Below, piece by piece: positions 35,466 to 47,747 of a stretch of DNA of 64,000 nucleotides. The translations under genes and the position numbers were made by a program. The notes under the pieces are model-generated. The model saw nothing but the letters and a program-made list of their open reading frames with translations. It was not told where the DNA came from and did no database searches. Numbering within the stretch: the stretch's first letter is position 1; every line of letters begins with the position of its first letter. The stretch covers positions 8,370,001 to 8,434,000 of the forward strand of contig NC_081331.1 of assembly GCF_022539665.2 (NCBI RefSeq), given 5' to 3'. The DNA comes from Daphnia carinata. Lineage: Eukaryota.

Positions 35466-36845
35466 GTGACAGAATTGTCTGATCGTATTATGGCAGATGA
35501 GCGAATTGCGTCGCATTGCCCGGGTCTTAATAGTGTCGACTTCCTCTTAGGAGCCGATTATTGCACCCGCATAGTAAACTACAAAACCATTTCTTGCCAA
35601 AGTGGATTGCTTGCTATTTCAAGCAAGTTTGGGTGGTTGGTATTTGGACAAGAAAAACGCCCTGGTGCGTCTGGTATTTTAACCCTTTCTACGGTTATGG
35701 GAGTTGAATTATTTCCCGATGAAAAAGAAAATGGAAACGAAGACCTGCGTAGATTTTGGGACCTGGAACACTTTGGTATTTCCGACCCACACCACGGTGG
35801 AAACGAGCCGAATCCATTAACTGAATTTAGCAACTTGATCACGAGGAGTTCAAGCGGCCGTTACTCGGTACCTCTTCCATGGCGACCGGACAAAAAGGAT
35901 CTACTTAACTCCAATTACCATCAGGCCTTGTCCCGATATAAACGCCTTCTACGCCACCTCCAAGAGGATCCGAGTTTATTTAAAGCCTATCACCATCAAA
36001 TCCAAGAATATATACGGTCAGGTTATGTAAGCAGATTGGGAAGTAGTTCCGATGGCCAGATAACGGGACCTGAGTATTATCTGCCACATCGAACTGTAGT
36101 TCGCAACGAAGCCATTACTACAAAAATCCGGCCTGTTTTCGACGCTTCCGCTCGGGGGGATCACGACCTCTCCTTAAATGATTGTTTGGAGACAGGTGAT
36201 AATTTGAACCCCGAGTTGTTAGAGGTTCTGTTAAGATTCCGCTGGAACCGCGTAGCCTGGGTGGGGGATATCGAAAAGGCCTTCCTTCAAGTGGAAATAA
36301 ATCCCGAAGATCGAGACGCCCTCCGGTTTATTTGGACGGACGACGTACCAATAGGTGGGGAGCAAATAGAACCCTCTATTTTCCGGTGGAATCGTGTCAC
36401 GTTCGGATTGTCCCCTAGCCCCTTTTTGTTACGCATAGTCATCCGGAAGCATTTAACCGAGGCCGCTGGAATTGATCCTTCCCTAGCTCGCTATATAGAA
36501 GAAAATCTGTACATGGATGATCTTCTAGCCGGGTCCCACTCTGTCGAAGAAGCTTCAAAGACCATCCAGCGCGTCATCAACGCCTTTAGTGGCGCTTGTA
36601 TGAGGTTGACTAAATGGGTTACAAACGAACCCTCGTTAAAGTTTTCGGTACTCCAAACCGACACCCTTACATCAAGTAACACCGCCTCTCGTCCTATCGG
36701 ATGTGACGAAAACTCAAAGATTTTAGGAGTCATCTGGAAACCGAATGAAGACTATTGGACCTTTGACTTGTCCAAAATATTAAGCCCGTTGTCCAATATT
36801 CCGGAGAGCGTTACCAAGAGACAAATGTTGAGCGTTGAGAGTTGA
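35466..36845 (+). CDS. BEL/Pao reverse transcriptase, truncated
   Basis: YYLPHRTV, KIRPVFDAS, SLNDCL, DIEKAFLQ, FGLSPSPF, LYMDDL, KILGVIW. Confidence 0.92.
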   Translation: MTELSDRIMADERIASHCPGLNSVDFLLGADYCTRIVNYKTISCQSGLLAISSKFGWLVFGQEKRPGASGILTLSTVMGVELFPDEKENGNEDLRRFWDLEHFGISDPHHGGNEPNPLTEFSNLITRSSSGRYSVPLPWRPDKKDLLNSNYHQALSRYKRLLRHLQEDPSLFKAYHHQIQEYIRSGYVSRLGSSSDGQITGPEYYLPHRTVVRNEAITTKIRPVFDASARGDHDLSLNDCLETGDNLNPELLEVLLRFRWNRVAWVGDIEKAFLQVEINPEDRDALRFIWTDDVPIGGEQIEPSIFRWNRVTFGLSPSPFLLRIVIRKHLTEAAGIDPSLARYIEENLYMDDLLAGSHSVEEASKTIQRVINAFSGACMRLTKWVTNEPSLKFSVLQTDTLTSSNTASRPIGCDENSKILGVIWKPNEDYWTFDLSKILSPLSNIPESVTKRQMLSVES

Positions 36846-37031
36846 GATCATCCATCATACTCATTGTGACCATAGAGCTGGGCAATTCCCGATATTTTAT
36901 ACAAAGACTCACGAAATCACCGATGCGACCTCGTGACGAATTCGTAGAACGGTAACGAAAAAAAACCGCGGCGTCGCGAGACAGGACACTGGAATTATTA
37001 CCTCAGATGCGATCTCGCCGCTGCCACCAAA

Positions 37032-37271
37032 TGTTGCGGAAAAGACGTTGAACGAAACACAAAACAACGAACACTTTTAAATTCCTGTATTTTAGGCCTT
37101 GCCTAACGACGTTCGTTTCGCAAAACGTCTCGTCACACTCTGCTAACTCGTCCCATTTCGACTCCAAAACCAGGGGGTAAAACAGGGGGTTAGGAATACA
37201 TGGATGCCAACTAGCCCACGGCTAGCAGGAAGACAAAACGCTCCAGGGCTAAACGTTAGCATTTCGCAACA
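37032..37271 (-). repeat. Gypsy 5' LTR (240 bp)
   Basis: Direct repeat of 26814-27061, adjacent to the PBS. Confidence 0.95.
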
Positions 37272-40200
37272 AACCGTTGTCACTTACTGGACTACGTCAA
37301 AAAATTACGTGTCGTAAAGTTCTTGTTCGTTCTATCCTTTCTCGATTATTTCTTTGTAATCAGTTGTTTACGAGGATAGGTCTCGAAATTGCAAAACATA
37401 CATAATAGTATAGGGTTTACTGGTTACCTGTCGGCTGATGCAGACTGGCACTCGTTTCTGCTACGGTATTCTGTAAAGATGAAAACGTACTGGGATGGGA
37501 GAGATGGGGGGATTCTCAGGTATTCGTAAGAGACTGCCAAATGGGCGTGGTTGATTCCATGTTGATTTAAGCGTCGGATATGAAATGCGGACACGTATTT
37601 TATGCAATTCTTATGAATCCTAATGGACACCTTAACCAACAATCAACGGACTTTGTTCTTCACTCTTAATGGTTACGGCAGCTCATCCAATTTTTACTTG
37701 TTTTGCGTACCAAAATTTGTATTGTTCTTTGCATCGTAAAAAATATTTTGAATTCATTCCAAGCTTTAAACAAAAAATATTTGCCTTCTGGCTGAAAATT
37801 GTAATGCATTGATCTAGGCATATGTGCGATCTGACTTTAATTGCTGTTTGGGCCATCATTGAAATGACAAAATATGGAACACGAAAACGAACAATTCTTG
37901 AAACACAGTCTTACGGAAATTACTTCCATTTAATAAAACATAAAACTTTAAAGCGCATTAAACTAACAGGGATACAGAAGTGTCCTGAACCGTTGCCAAA
38001 TGTAAAGGCAGCCATTTCTTATCGCGCTAATAGATGGTGGGTGAGGGAAGCATCCACACAACTACTGTCTTCACATGCTTGGAACGCCGCAGTGTTCCAT
38101 CAGTTTGCGGCATGCTTCTCTCACTCATCATGTAGTAGCACGACATAACGTCAGGACCCTAACGTCGACGTTAGGGTGCTGAAAAATCCCCGCCAGGCCT
38201 TGAAACTGTGGAAGCAACGTGATTGCTAATTCACGCTTCCTTTCTGTTTAGTTGTTAAGCGAATCAATGAATTTTTGACGGATCTCTTTCGATAGGATTG
38301 CTCGATATTGCTGAAGTCTACATGGTAATAAAAAAGTAGAAAGGTTAAACACTGTCGAATAGTTTGTCAGAAAGGGGATAATTTTGATTTGGGCCGAAAT
38401 AGAAACAAGAATGGAGGTCTGGATGACTTGGCTGGGGAAACGATTCATTGAAATAAGTCATAGAAAAAAAAAAGGAAACGCGTAATCAAATTTATTTAAG
38501 GTCCGGTATCATCATGCTTAATACTAGTAGTATAAGGTTGACGAGGGAAGGAAGAATGGCGGAAATGGGTCTGTCATTTCTGCGACATTCAAAGGCACTG
38601 CAAGAAAACCATCACATCGATCGGTTGTACCGCGTTCTTTCTTGCGTGTTACCAAATTGGCCACAATCACGTAGAATCTTGGCAGATGCAAGGACGACGT
38701 GACTGACGTTGCCAAGCGGTTCTCTTGACAACAACGTAATTAGTCAAACGAAAAGGGAAAAATGAAAGAGAAAAAATCCATTAGCGACAAAGCCACGTAC
38801 ATTTGTATATTATCATTTCGAACCACTTGGTTCCGAAATGAATTTTTTTGTTTGACCCTGCATAACACGTTCGTTACCTCATCAAAGATGTTAGTAGGCC
38901 TACTCGGAATTATATTCCTTTTTTCCATCACATTGGACACCTGCGTTAGCCTTCGCCACTACTTAAAAAAAAGAACGCAATTGAATTGTGCACAATGATG
39001 AAAGAAACTCCGTGTTGATTTTTTAAGATTATGTTTAGGAAAGAATATGAGGTCAAAATGCCAAAGCGATGGCGAAAACGTGCCAACGCCAATTGCACGA
39101 ACAAAGTCAACTTGAAATGATTAAGTCGACTGAGGCTTTCGTTGAAAACCATTTGGCGATAGACTGAGAGAAGCTGCGCTCATAGCAGACGTTCAATATC
39201 AGAAAAGAGACTGTGTTATATTAACATTTGCCGATGCAAACGTCTACTTACGCAATACCATGCAAAACATACAAATGTCCGACTGTTTTCAGTTACCTAC
39301 GAAGCTCGTTCGGAAAAAGTCGTGAGCTTTCACAGTAGAACGGCGCTTCTCTTTTCCCAGGCCTGAGCCGTTCATCTCGTTCCATTCAAACCTTTTTAAC
39401 GAACTACTCGTCCTGCAAAAGAACATCTTCTATGCTTCCCTAATTCTTCTCGATTGGTCGACTTTATGAGGCGGGGACTGTTTCTTGGCGGCCAACTCGT
39501 CATCTACTCTCTGCTGATGGTCGCCAACGAGAGTAACAGAATCGAAACAAGAAAAAAATCAACACAACCATGTCCGTCTCCGTAAATATAGTTGTGTCTA
39601 ATTTCGTGCACGTCATCTGCCATCACTGTCTCGGCTGTTCGTCGACCAGGACAGCACCGGCGGCTGTCATCATGACCACGGATCGGCACCTTCATTCAGT
39701 ACTCCAGAGAATGGATCCACCTTTAAAAGCCATCACGGCGCCCCAACTCTTCTACGTTGCACCGTTCAAGAGCTCCTTCGCCGAGCAATGAGTTTTCAGT
39801 TTTTTTCTGAGTATCACCAGTCATCAAAGCATGAAGGGTTAAACGAAACAAGTCGTCGACGTTTGAAGTTTCATTGTTTTGTGTACGCTTTTACTTAAGA
39901 ATAACATCCTCTTTTCCAAAACTATCACTCGTGCCCACGTTTGAAGTTAGATCAAATGAACTAGAACATCCAATTCCCTAAAACATTAAAATTGCATTAT
40001 AAAATGAAATCAACGAGTAAATTAAGAATATTTACTGTCAAACCTAAGCTTCATATCCGATTTTAGGGCAGCTCAGCTCTGCTCTAAACATGAATAAAAA
40101 AGCACGAACAAAAAATCAACTGAATAATATTCGAAAGAAGGTCACCCGATTGCTTTTTTACTTCACCTAGATATAGGAATAAAATCTCTCCATTATTACG

Positions 40201-41324
40201 AGCTACTTGCTACATTTGAAACGCGATACCTAACTCAAGACGTGCTGTGTATGGATTAAGAATGTACGGTACTCATAACCGAAACACCACGAATTTCCTG
40301 CATCATATGACGACATGTTCAAATCATCACATGATTATTTAAATATACAATTTGACGGACGGAGTTTATTTTTTGTTGAAACGAATTTTTTTTTTATATT
40401 GACAATGTTTTTATGGCAATCATTTTATATTACAAATTAACAAATATTAACTGTCGTGACCGAGGAGAAGCTTCCCGGTCTTACGGCGGGAGACAATCCA
40501 ATCCCGACCCGTAATTAGACCATCCGACTTTTCTATTATGGCTTTTTTCGCATGTAATTAATTTCTAGCATGAAAAAAAATCTTTTTAAAAGACATTAAA
40601 AGAAGTAAAAACTAAAGTTCATTTATTAAAATTTTTAATTTTGTTCATTTTGTTTGCTAAATTTAACATGTGCCATAATGAACTGTAGCCTTTTATCAGT
40701 GATAGTTAGATCATCTATTTTACAGTATAAAAGACTTGATAAGACAATTTATGTTTGGTAACGGTGTTGGTTCGCTAGCGCCGTTACTGCGTATATGTGC
40801 GTTACTAATGAATGTTTATCTAATTGCAGGTCTGGGAATGGCTGAAAAGAGTGACGCAAAGGTCGCGGCAGTTTGAACAACGATGGATTGTGACCACACT
40901 AGCTGATTATATGGAAGGGAAACGCCATAAACTCTAAATGGAAATTAGGTGTCCACATGAATTATAAACGGTGGATTAATGCGGATATGGAGACCAAACC
41001 CACTCTTTTTCTTACGTTACTGGTAAGTTGAACATAAATGTTTTTTTATGGTTGTTTTAATAATTTTATAGTTGTCGCTAAAAGAAAGTTCACCGAGCCG
41101 AAAGAATTAGAGTAGTGTGCGATTCCATAAACGACGTGCACAAGCTCGTTACGACAAATATTTGCATGGCCATCTATAGAAACAAACGTGTAAAGCTGTG
41201 CAATACTTTGTAGAAATAAAAGGCGTTTTCTTGCGTTGATTGCATTGATATTTACACCAAGCGTTCGATATACAGACATAAATTATAGGACATGTTTTTA
41301 ATATTCAATCGCGTGTCGGGAAAT

Positions 41325-42103
41325 CTAGTAGATCTTGTAACCCTTTCCATTGAAGGGGATGTGAACGGGAGCAACTGGGAGCTCATATTCATGGACGGGA
41401 GCGACTGGGAGTTCGTATTCGTGGACGGGAGCGACGGGCAAGTGATCTCCTTTGGGCTGGAATCCAGCTTCATCGGCAGCCCAGGTCAAAGTGAACTTGT
41501 CGCCTTCGGGGGAGATCCAGTAGGAAGATCCCTTGTTGGTGTTGCCGAAGACTTCACCGTACGATTCTTTCCCGTAAGAATCGTAGATGACTCCTTGTAT
41601 CTTCTTCTGTACCTGAGATTCTTCGCGGGTGGTGTAGTCTGACTGGGCATAGCTGTGGATTGAAATGATTGAATTTTTCGAATGAGTTTCTTTAATTCTT
41701 AAATTAATGAGCATAAAGTATGAAATTTGATTAACCTCCACTGGCTGCTGCCATCGATGTTGCGCTCATCGGATTGGCTGGTGATGGTGATGTCGGCGTA
41801 TTTGTTATCCTTGTTGTAGCTGGGAGTAGGGTAGGCTGGTGCTGGGTAGGCTGGTGCTGGGTAGGCTGGTGCTGGGTAGGCTGGTGTGGAGTAGGCTGGT
41901 GCAGGGTACTTTGGTGCAGGGTAGCTTGGCGCAGGATAGCTGGGAGCTTTGTATTCCGGCTTGTAGCTGGATGGAACAGCGGCAGCCACAGCCAAGAAAG
42001 TGGCGACGAAGAACTGGCGGCAAAGTATCGTCGTTAATTAAAACTCATAAATATTTTATTGTAATCGGAAATAATGAAGAATTAATTGCCTTACAAGTTT
42101 CAT
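41325..42103 (-). CDS. Cuticle protein CP-A1 (PAY repeats + Rebers-Riddiford-like chitin-binding domain)
   Basis: Exons 42103-42095 (MKL), 42013-41736, 41652-41325; signal peptide FFVATFLAVAAA; GSSYWISPEGDKFTLTWAADEAGFQPKGDHLP. Confidence 0.92.
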
Positions 42104-42704
42104 GTTGGACTAGGTTGATTTGATGAACAATTGATGCATATGGTTCTCCATTTCTGGTCTTATATAGTCAAGTGAATGTTAAATTACATTCGATTGACCT
42201 AGTTGTTCTGGCAGCCAGATTTCATTCAAGCAACTAGACTTGGGCGTTGTTCAAGAATAGAGCACTCTCACTTTTCACATCAGCCACATTACAGAATTGT
42301 TTTAGAAAAACCAACTTGTAGTTAGGGATAACAACTTCTGAGCATCTTTAGCTGAGTACCTTGCTACTCCAGCACAAACGTATGGTAGCGTGAATCACGA
42401 ATAAGGACGACTGTATGTTCAATTCTATGAATACAAGTTTTAGATGACAATGTTGCTGAATTATTGGGACAAGCATATTATCTTTTGGTGCTATTTACCG
42501 AATGCAATCACTGCATTGCAATAGCCATGGCCTGGAATGTGAAGCATAGTTAACCACCAAAGGGCGATGCTCATCGCTTTCAGAACTAGGTCAAGAAAGG
42601 AAATGAAATAGAAAACGAACACAGCCAATATTTTTCTCCGCTATTTATGCCTGACTGAAAGTAATTGAAGCCATCAGTTGTTCAACTCCTCAACAGCAGT
42701 CAAC
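42104..42704. promoter_or_regulatory. Bidirectional promoter of the CP-A/CP-B pair
   Basis: TATATAA (- strand, 42166-42160) and TATTTAT (42643-42649), each ~30 bp from Inr-like ATCAATT/ATCAGTT; AACTAGGTCA at 42195-42204 (-) and 42584-42593 (+). Confidence 0.6.
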
Positions 42705-43505
42705 ATGAAACTTGTAAACGGCATTTTATTTTTGATTTTATCACTTAACAGTTTCATTGCTTATCAATTTCTTTTCGTAGATCATCATCGCCGCTTTCTT
42801 GGCCATCGCTGCCGCTGTTCCATCCAGCTACAAGCCGGAGTACAAAGCTCCAAGCTACTCTGCACCAAGCTACCCTGCACCAAAGTACCCAGCACCAGCC
42901 TACCCCGCACCAGCCTACCCCGCACCAGCCTACTCTGCACCAGCCTACTCCGCACCAGCCTACTCCGCACCAGCCTACTCCGTACCAGCCTACTCCGCAC
43001 CAGCCTACTCCGCACCAGCCTACAACAAGGATAACAAATACGCTGACATCACTATCGTCAGCCAGTCCGATGTCCGCAACCTCGATGGCAGTAGCCAGTG
43101 GAGGTAAATTTATTTTTTATATTCATTAATTCAAGATTTAAAGATAATCACATTTTAAAATAAATAATTATTCCAACTCACAGCTATGCCCAGTCTGACT
43201 ACACCACCCGTGAAGAGTCTCAGGTCCAGAAGAAGATGCAAGGAGTCACCTACGACTCTTACGGAAAAGAATCGTACGGTGAAGTCCTAGGAAATACCAA
43301 CAAAGGATCTTCCTACTGGGTGTCTCCTGAGGGTGAGAAATTCACTTTGACCTGGACCGCTGATGATGCCGGATTCCAGCCCAAAGGTGACCATTTGCCT
43401 GTAGCCCCCGTTCACGAATACGAGCTCCCAGTTGCTCCCGTTCACGAATACGAACTCCCAGTTGCCCCTGCTCTCCCTTATTCGCGCACTGGACCTGGTT
43501 ACTAA
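42705..43505 (+). CDS. Cuticle protein CP-B1
   Basis: Exons 42705-42713, 42781-43103, 43183-43505; signal peptide, (S/P)APAY repeats, R&R-like domain. Confidence 0.92.
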
Positions 43506-44909
43506 GTTGTACACTCTTTCCTCCGTGAAAATTGAAGGGCGTGAGCCATCCGAATGTAATTTATTGATGAGATATAAACGCAAAGTATGTTTTGATTTCC
43601 GTAAAAGGCAATGATCTGAGTAGTAGTAAAACAAATGTTTCCTTATACGAATGGAACTTCTTTATGTCGTAGCCAGGGCAGTTGTTACCTTCGTTACCAC
43701 TGGTTTCTGCCATTGCCATTCGTCGAAAACAAAGCGACGAAGGTGACCGGTTTTACACCAATTACATCAACTAAGCTACTAATCACGTTTTCTCTGATAA
43801 TATTGCCAACGTTGCAAGACCGGCACAATTACAAGAATTGAACGGTTTAGTTATGCGTGCTAGTCACGTGCCACCTAGTGACGACCGAGGAGAAGCTTCC
43901 CGACCTTACGGCGGGAGACGATCCAATCCCGACCCGTAATTAGGCCATCCGACTTTCCTATTATGGCTTTTTTTTCGTATGTAATTAATTTCTAGCATGA
44001 AAAAAATCTTTTTAAAAGACATTAAAAGAAGTAAAGAATAAAGTTCATTTATTAAAATTTTCAATTTTGTTCATTTTGTTTGCTAAATTTAACATGTGCC
44101 ATAATGAACTGTAGATTTTTATCAGTGATAGTTAGATCATCTATTATACAGTATAAAAGACTTGATAAGACAATTTATGTTTGGTAACGGTGTTGGTTCG
44201 CTAGCGCCGTTACTGCGTGTATATAGTAGCCTTATTAATGATTATCTAATTCTAATTGCAGGTCTAGGAATGGCTGGAAAGAGTGACGCAAAGGTCGTGG
44301 CAGGTAAAATAACGATGGATTGTGACCGCGCCGGATGGTTCCATGGAAGGCAAACGCTATAAACTCTAAATGGAAATTAGGTGTCCACACGGTGGATTAA
44401 AACGGATGTGATGACCAATCCCACTCTTTTGGGTTAGTTAAGCTTCGCAAATATTTTTATTATATTTAAATCAATCACGCACATCAAAGCACGAATCAAA
44501 GCAACTTGATAGAATTACGTGTTGGAAATGGCAGGATATACGTAATTGATACAGCTGAATTATTTTGAATAAAAAATGCTTTTTCATACAAAAAAAAATG
44601 TTTACTAACAATAAAATGATTCATCGCTCACGCGGGGAATGTCCGTGGAATGGTGGGGTAGAGAGCCGGAAGTTAGAGTAGCGTTCGATTCCACAAGCAA
44701 CGTCTATTCTAACCGTAGTTCACAAACCCGTTACCGATAAATTTTTGCATGGTCGTCGATAAAAACAAAACGCGTAAACCTGTGCAATATTTCGTAAAAA
44801 TTAAAAGGCGTTTCCTACGTTGATTGAATTTATATTTACACCATGCGTTCAATGTTACAGATATAAATTATAGGACATGTTTTAAATATTCAATCGTGTG
44901 TCGGGAAAT

Positions 44910-45215
44910 CTAGTAAATCCTATAACTCTTTCCGTTAAAGGCGGTGTGAACGGGAGCGACTGGCAGTTCGTATTCATGGACAGGAGCGACAGGCAGTAAT
45001 CTCTTTTGGGCTGGAATCCAGCTACGCCAGCAGCCCAGGTCTAAGTGAACTTCTCGCTTTCAGGTGAAACCCATTAGGAGGAACCTTTGTTGGTGTTGCC
45101 TAGGGCTTCACCGTACGATTCTTTTCCATAAGAATTGTAGGTGACTCCTTCCATCTTCGTCTGGGCCTGAGACTCTTCGCTGATGGTGTATTCTGACTTG
45201 TATGTTGTCCGAAGG
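44910..45215 (-). pseudogene. Decayed cuticle-protein exon 3 (copy B)
   Basis: As 23056-23361, with in-frame stops. Confidence 0.85.
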
Positions 45216-47544
45216 CTATAAGATATACAAAATTATTAAAATCCTGACTGAATACATTATGTAAATTCATGTACGGAATGCGCTGACATCTCTTGTATTA
45301 TCGGTACAAAAAATACATGTTAATATGAATCAAAGGCAATCTAAAATCACGCGAGAAAAGAGTGGGCTTGTATGTCGTATCCGTATTAAATTTAATCTAC
45401 ATTTTATAATCGACGGGGACACCTATAGTTTCTTCCATTAGTAAAGTGTTTGATCCCAGTATCCTAGTTTAGTTTTGAATCGTTTCAATGGAACGAAAAT
45501 ACTTTATTTCGATTACAAAAACGAACGCAGTGATAAAAAGAACAAATGAAATTTATGCTTTGTTCATTCAGTTCCCTATTTATCTTAATAGTTTTTAAAT
45601 TGAATAAATAATTACGTATATGTAATACATTTTAATAGTGGGACGTGTAGGGGTAATCGTGTGCCGAAAATAATAGAACGTTCGCAAATCCCGGCTACTA
45701 AGGGTTTCATTATTCTCTTCGATCTACTGCTAGGTGGCTTTTGCGCAGAAGATTCAATGAAATATTAGATTTTGCCGTTAGTTGAACTGTTCGCAGCAAC
45801 AATATCTGATGCAACAGCTACGATGGGAGTGGGAGCTGGTGCGGAGATGGGAGCAGGGAAGTCGAACTCGACGGAGATCTTAACCTGAACGGGAGTACGA
45901 GCTGCAACAACAACTGGTGCATGGGCAGGTGCCGAAATGCGACCAGGGAAGTTATGCTCCACCTTGACTGGGGCAGGTGCAGCGTCCTCCGTTTTATATA
46001 CAGATTTTGATTCAAAAGAAGTGACGCACAGACCGAGAGCCACTGATAGAAAAGAGTGCGTACAAAACCCTGTTAGTGTGCGCAGTCACCTTTATGAAAC
46101 GTGTGGCGCTACTAACGAGCGAAAGCCGGTGATGCATCAAAACATTGCATGGAATAAGGCAACACCTGTGTGAGGTGTGCGATCCAGCTCCGGGATGAAA
46201 TGCGGCATACGAATACAGCCTGTGTAATATGAAATCTTTGCAATAGATACACGAACTCATTTGGTAGGTGGTTGTGCTACATACCGTCGAGCTCAACGTC
46301 CAAATATTATAATGACCACGTAAAACCTGGCTCAATGTTCTGGTCGACTTGGGTACTTGCGTGCGTTGCATTAACGCACGTGCTAGGGGCACAATGTTTC
46401 AGCTGCGCCATGGACGCATGAACCGTGTGTCACTTACTGGACTACGTCAAAAAATTACGTGTCGTAAAGTTCTTGTTCGTTCTATCCTTTCTCGATTATT
46501 TCTTTGTAATCAGTTGTTTACGAGGATAGGTCTCGAAATTGCAAAACATACATAAAAGTATAGGGTTTACTGGTTACCTGTCGGCTGATGCAGACTGGCA
46601 CTCGTTTCTGCTACGGTATTCTGTAAAGATGAAAACGTACTGGGATGGGAGAGATGGGGGGATTCTCAGGTATTCGTAAGAGACTGCCAAATGGGCGTGG
46701 TTGATTCCATGTTGATTTAAGCGTCGGATATGAAATGCGGACACGTATTTTATGCAATTCTTATGAATCCTAATGGAAAAATCTGGTGGCAACACCTTGA
46801 CCAACAATCAACGGACTTTGTTCTTCACTCTTAATGGTTCTTCTCTAGAACTGACCACGTGATAGTTCAGTAATAGTGGGAAGAGGCCAAAAAAACAATG
46901 AGTAAAACGAGAATTAGAGTGGAAACGGAAAGATTAGCTCGCAAGAAGTTAATGGAAGATGTGATAACGATCCGCAAAAATCAGGCAAGGCACCCATCTT
47001 TGTATGAATAATTTAAACCGCTCATCGTGCATAGTTCAAATTTCTTTAGATTGGCAAAAGACTGTTTGTAGCACGACAGGAAAGAGAGCGACATTTACTT
47101 GATGGGGGGGGGGGGACTTATTCGTTCGCTCGAGAGCTACCATAATCAAACGAAAATGAAGGAGATGGACTTAAAAAAAACGAAGGGAGATCTGTTGGCT
47201 CAAACTGATTAAAAACAACGTAGTGAAGAAGAATTAATTAGGCTAGAAGAGCAAAAACGCAAATACCAAGAAATCATGGAAGCAGTCCACAGCCAAAAGC
47301 ATTGGAATGTTGCTATGGATAGAAACCTAAATACCTAAACTTCTCAGGGCAAGAATATGTTAGCAGCAATTGCCATTTTAGCTGCCTTAAACATAAGCTG
47401 ATAGATTTGTATCATGCCATACGTATCTTCTTCTATTTACTGGTTTCCTGTTAAACGAAAGATTCCTCACTTTCCTCCCAGCTAAAAATCAAACGACTAT
47501 TAAGCCTTACCTCAATCGCCAGCCCTAGGAGGCATCGCCCAATC

Positions 47545-47680
47545 TTTTTCCCTTGCCTTTTAATTCGCTCAACGGTATAGCGCACTTTTTTTCCCATTGC
47601 CTTTTAGTTCACTCACTGGTATCGCCCACTCTATCACGTTTTTTTTAATATTTCCCATTACCTTTTAATTCGCTCATTAT
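47545..47680. repeat. Three degenerate short tandem repeats
   Basis: TTTCCC(A)TTGCCTTTTAATTCGCTCA-like unit three times. Confidence 0.6.
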
Positions 47681-47747
47681 TATCGATCGTTGTTACACGC
47701 CTCTTCGTCCGCTAGTGTACTTACTAATGGCTTATTCGCGCTTGTAG

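Larger units (their letters stand above)
32650..36903 (+). mobile_element. BEL/Pao LTR retrotransposon nested in the Gypsy 5' UTR, 3' part deleted
   Basis: 5-bp TSD AAGAC (32645-32649, 36904-36908); 5' LTR 32650-33219 (TGTA..TACA); PBS TGGTCCGTCGAGCCGGA (tRNA-Tyr-like) at 33220; only the last 46 bp of the 3' LTR remain (36858-36903 = 33174-33219). Confidence 0.9.
26814..37271 (-). mobile_element. Ty3/Gypsy LTR retrotransposon (frameshifted; contains nested BEL element)
   Basis: LTRs 26814-27061 and 37032-37271 (TG..CA); 4-bp TSD AACC; PBS TGGTGGCAGCGG (tRNA-Leu-like) beside 37032; PPT AGGAAGGGCCGAA at 27062-27074; gene order gag-PR-RT-RH-INT. Confidence 0.95.
19752..37670 (+). repeat. Segmental duplication copy A (cuticle gene pair deleted; interrupted by Harbinger, Gypsy and BEL insertions)
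   Basis: 19752-22364 matches 38176-40792; 22029-24131 matches 43883-45985; 26373-26813 plus 37272-37670 match 45984-46840. Outer ends approximate. Confidence 0.85.
38176..47070 (+). repeat. Segmental duplication copy B (intact cuticle gene pair)
   Basis: Direct homology to copy A; reverse-complement homology to 48943-55454 and 55465-64000. Confidence 0.9.

Noticed and set aside
41774..43034. Antisense and alternate-frame ORFs (VGWCW, SRLVR, TSLLR repeats), also in copies C and D
   Set aside because: Shadows of the 15-bp PAY codon repeats of the cuticle genes.
46898..47340. Decayed charged/coiled-coil coding-like stretch in the palindrome spacer
   Set aside because: Multiple stops and no identifiable family.
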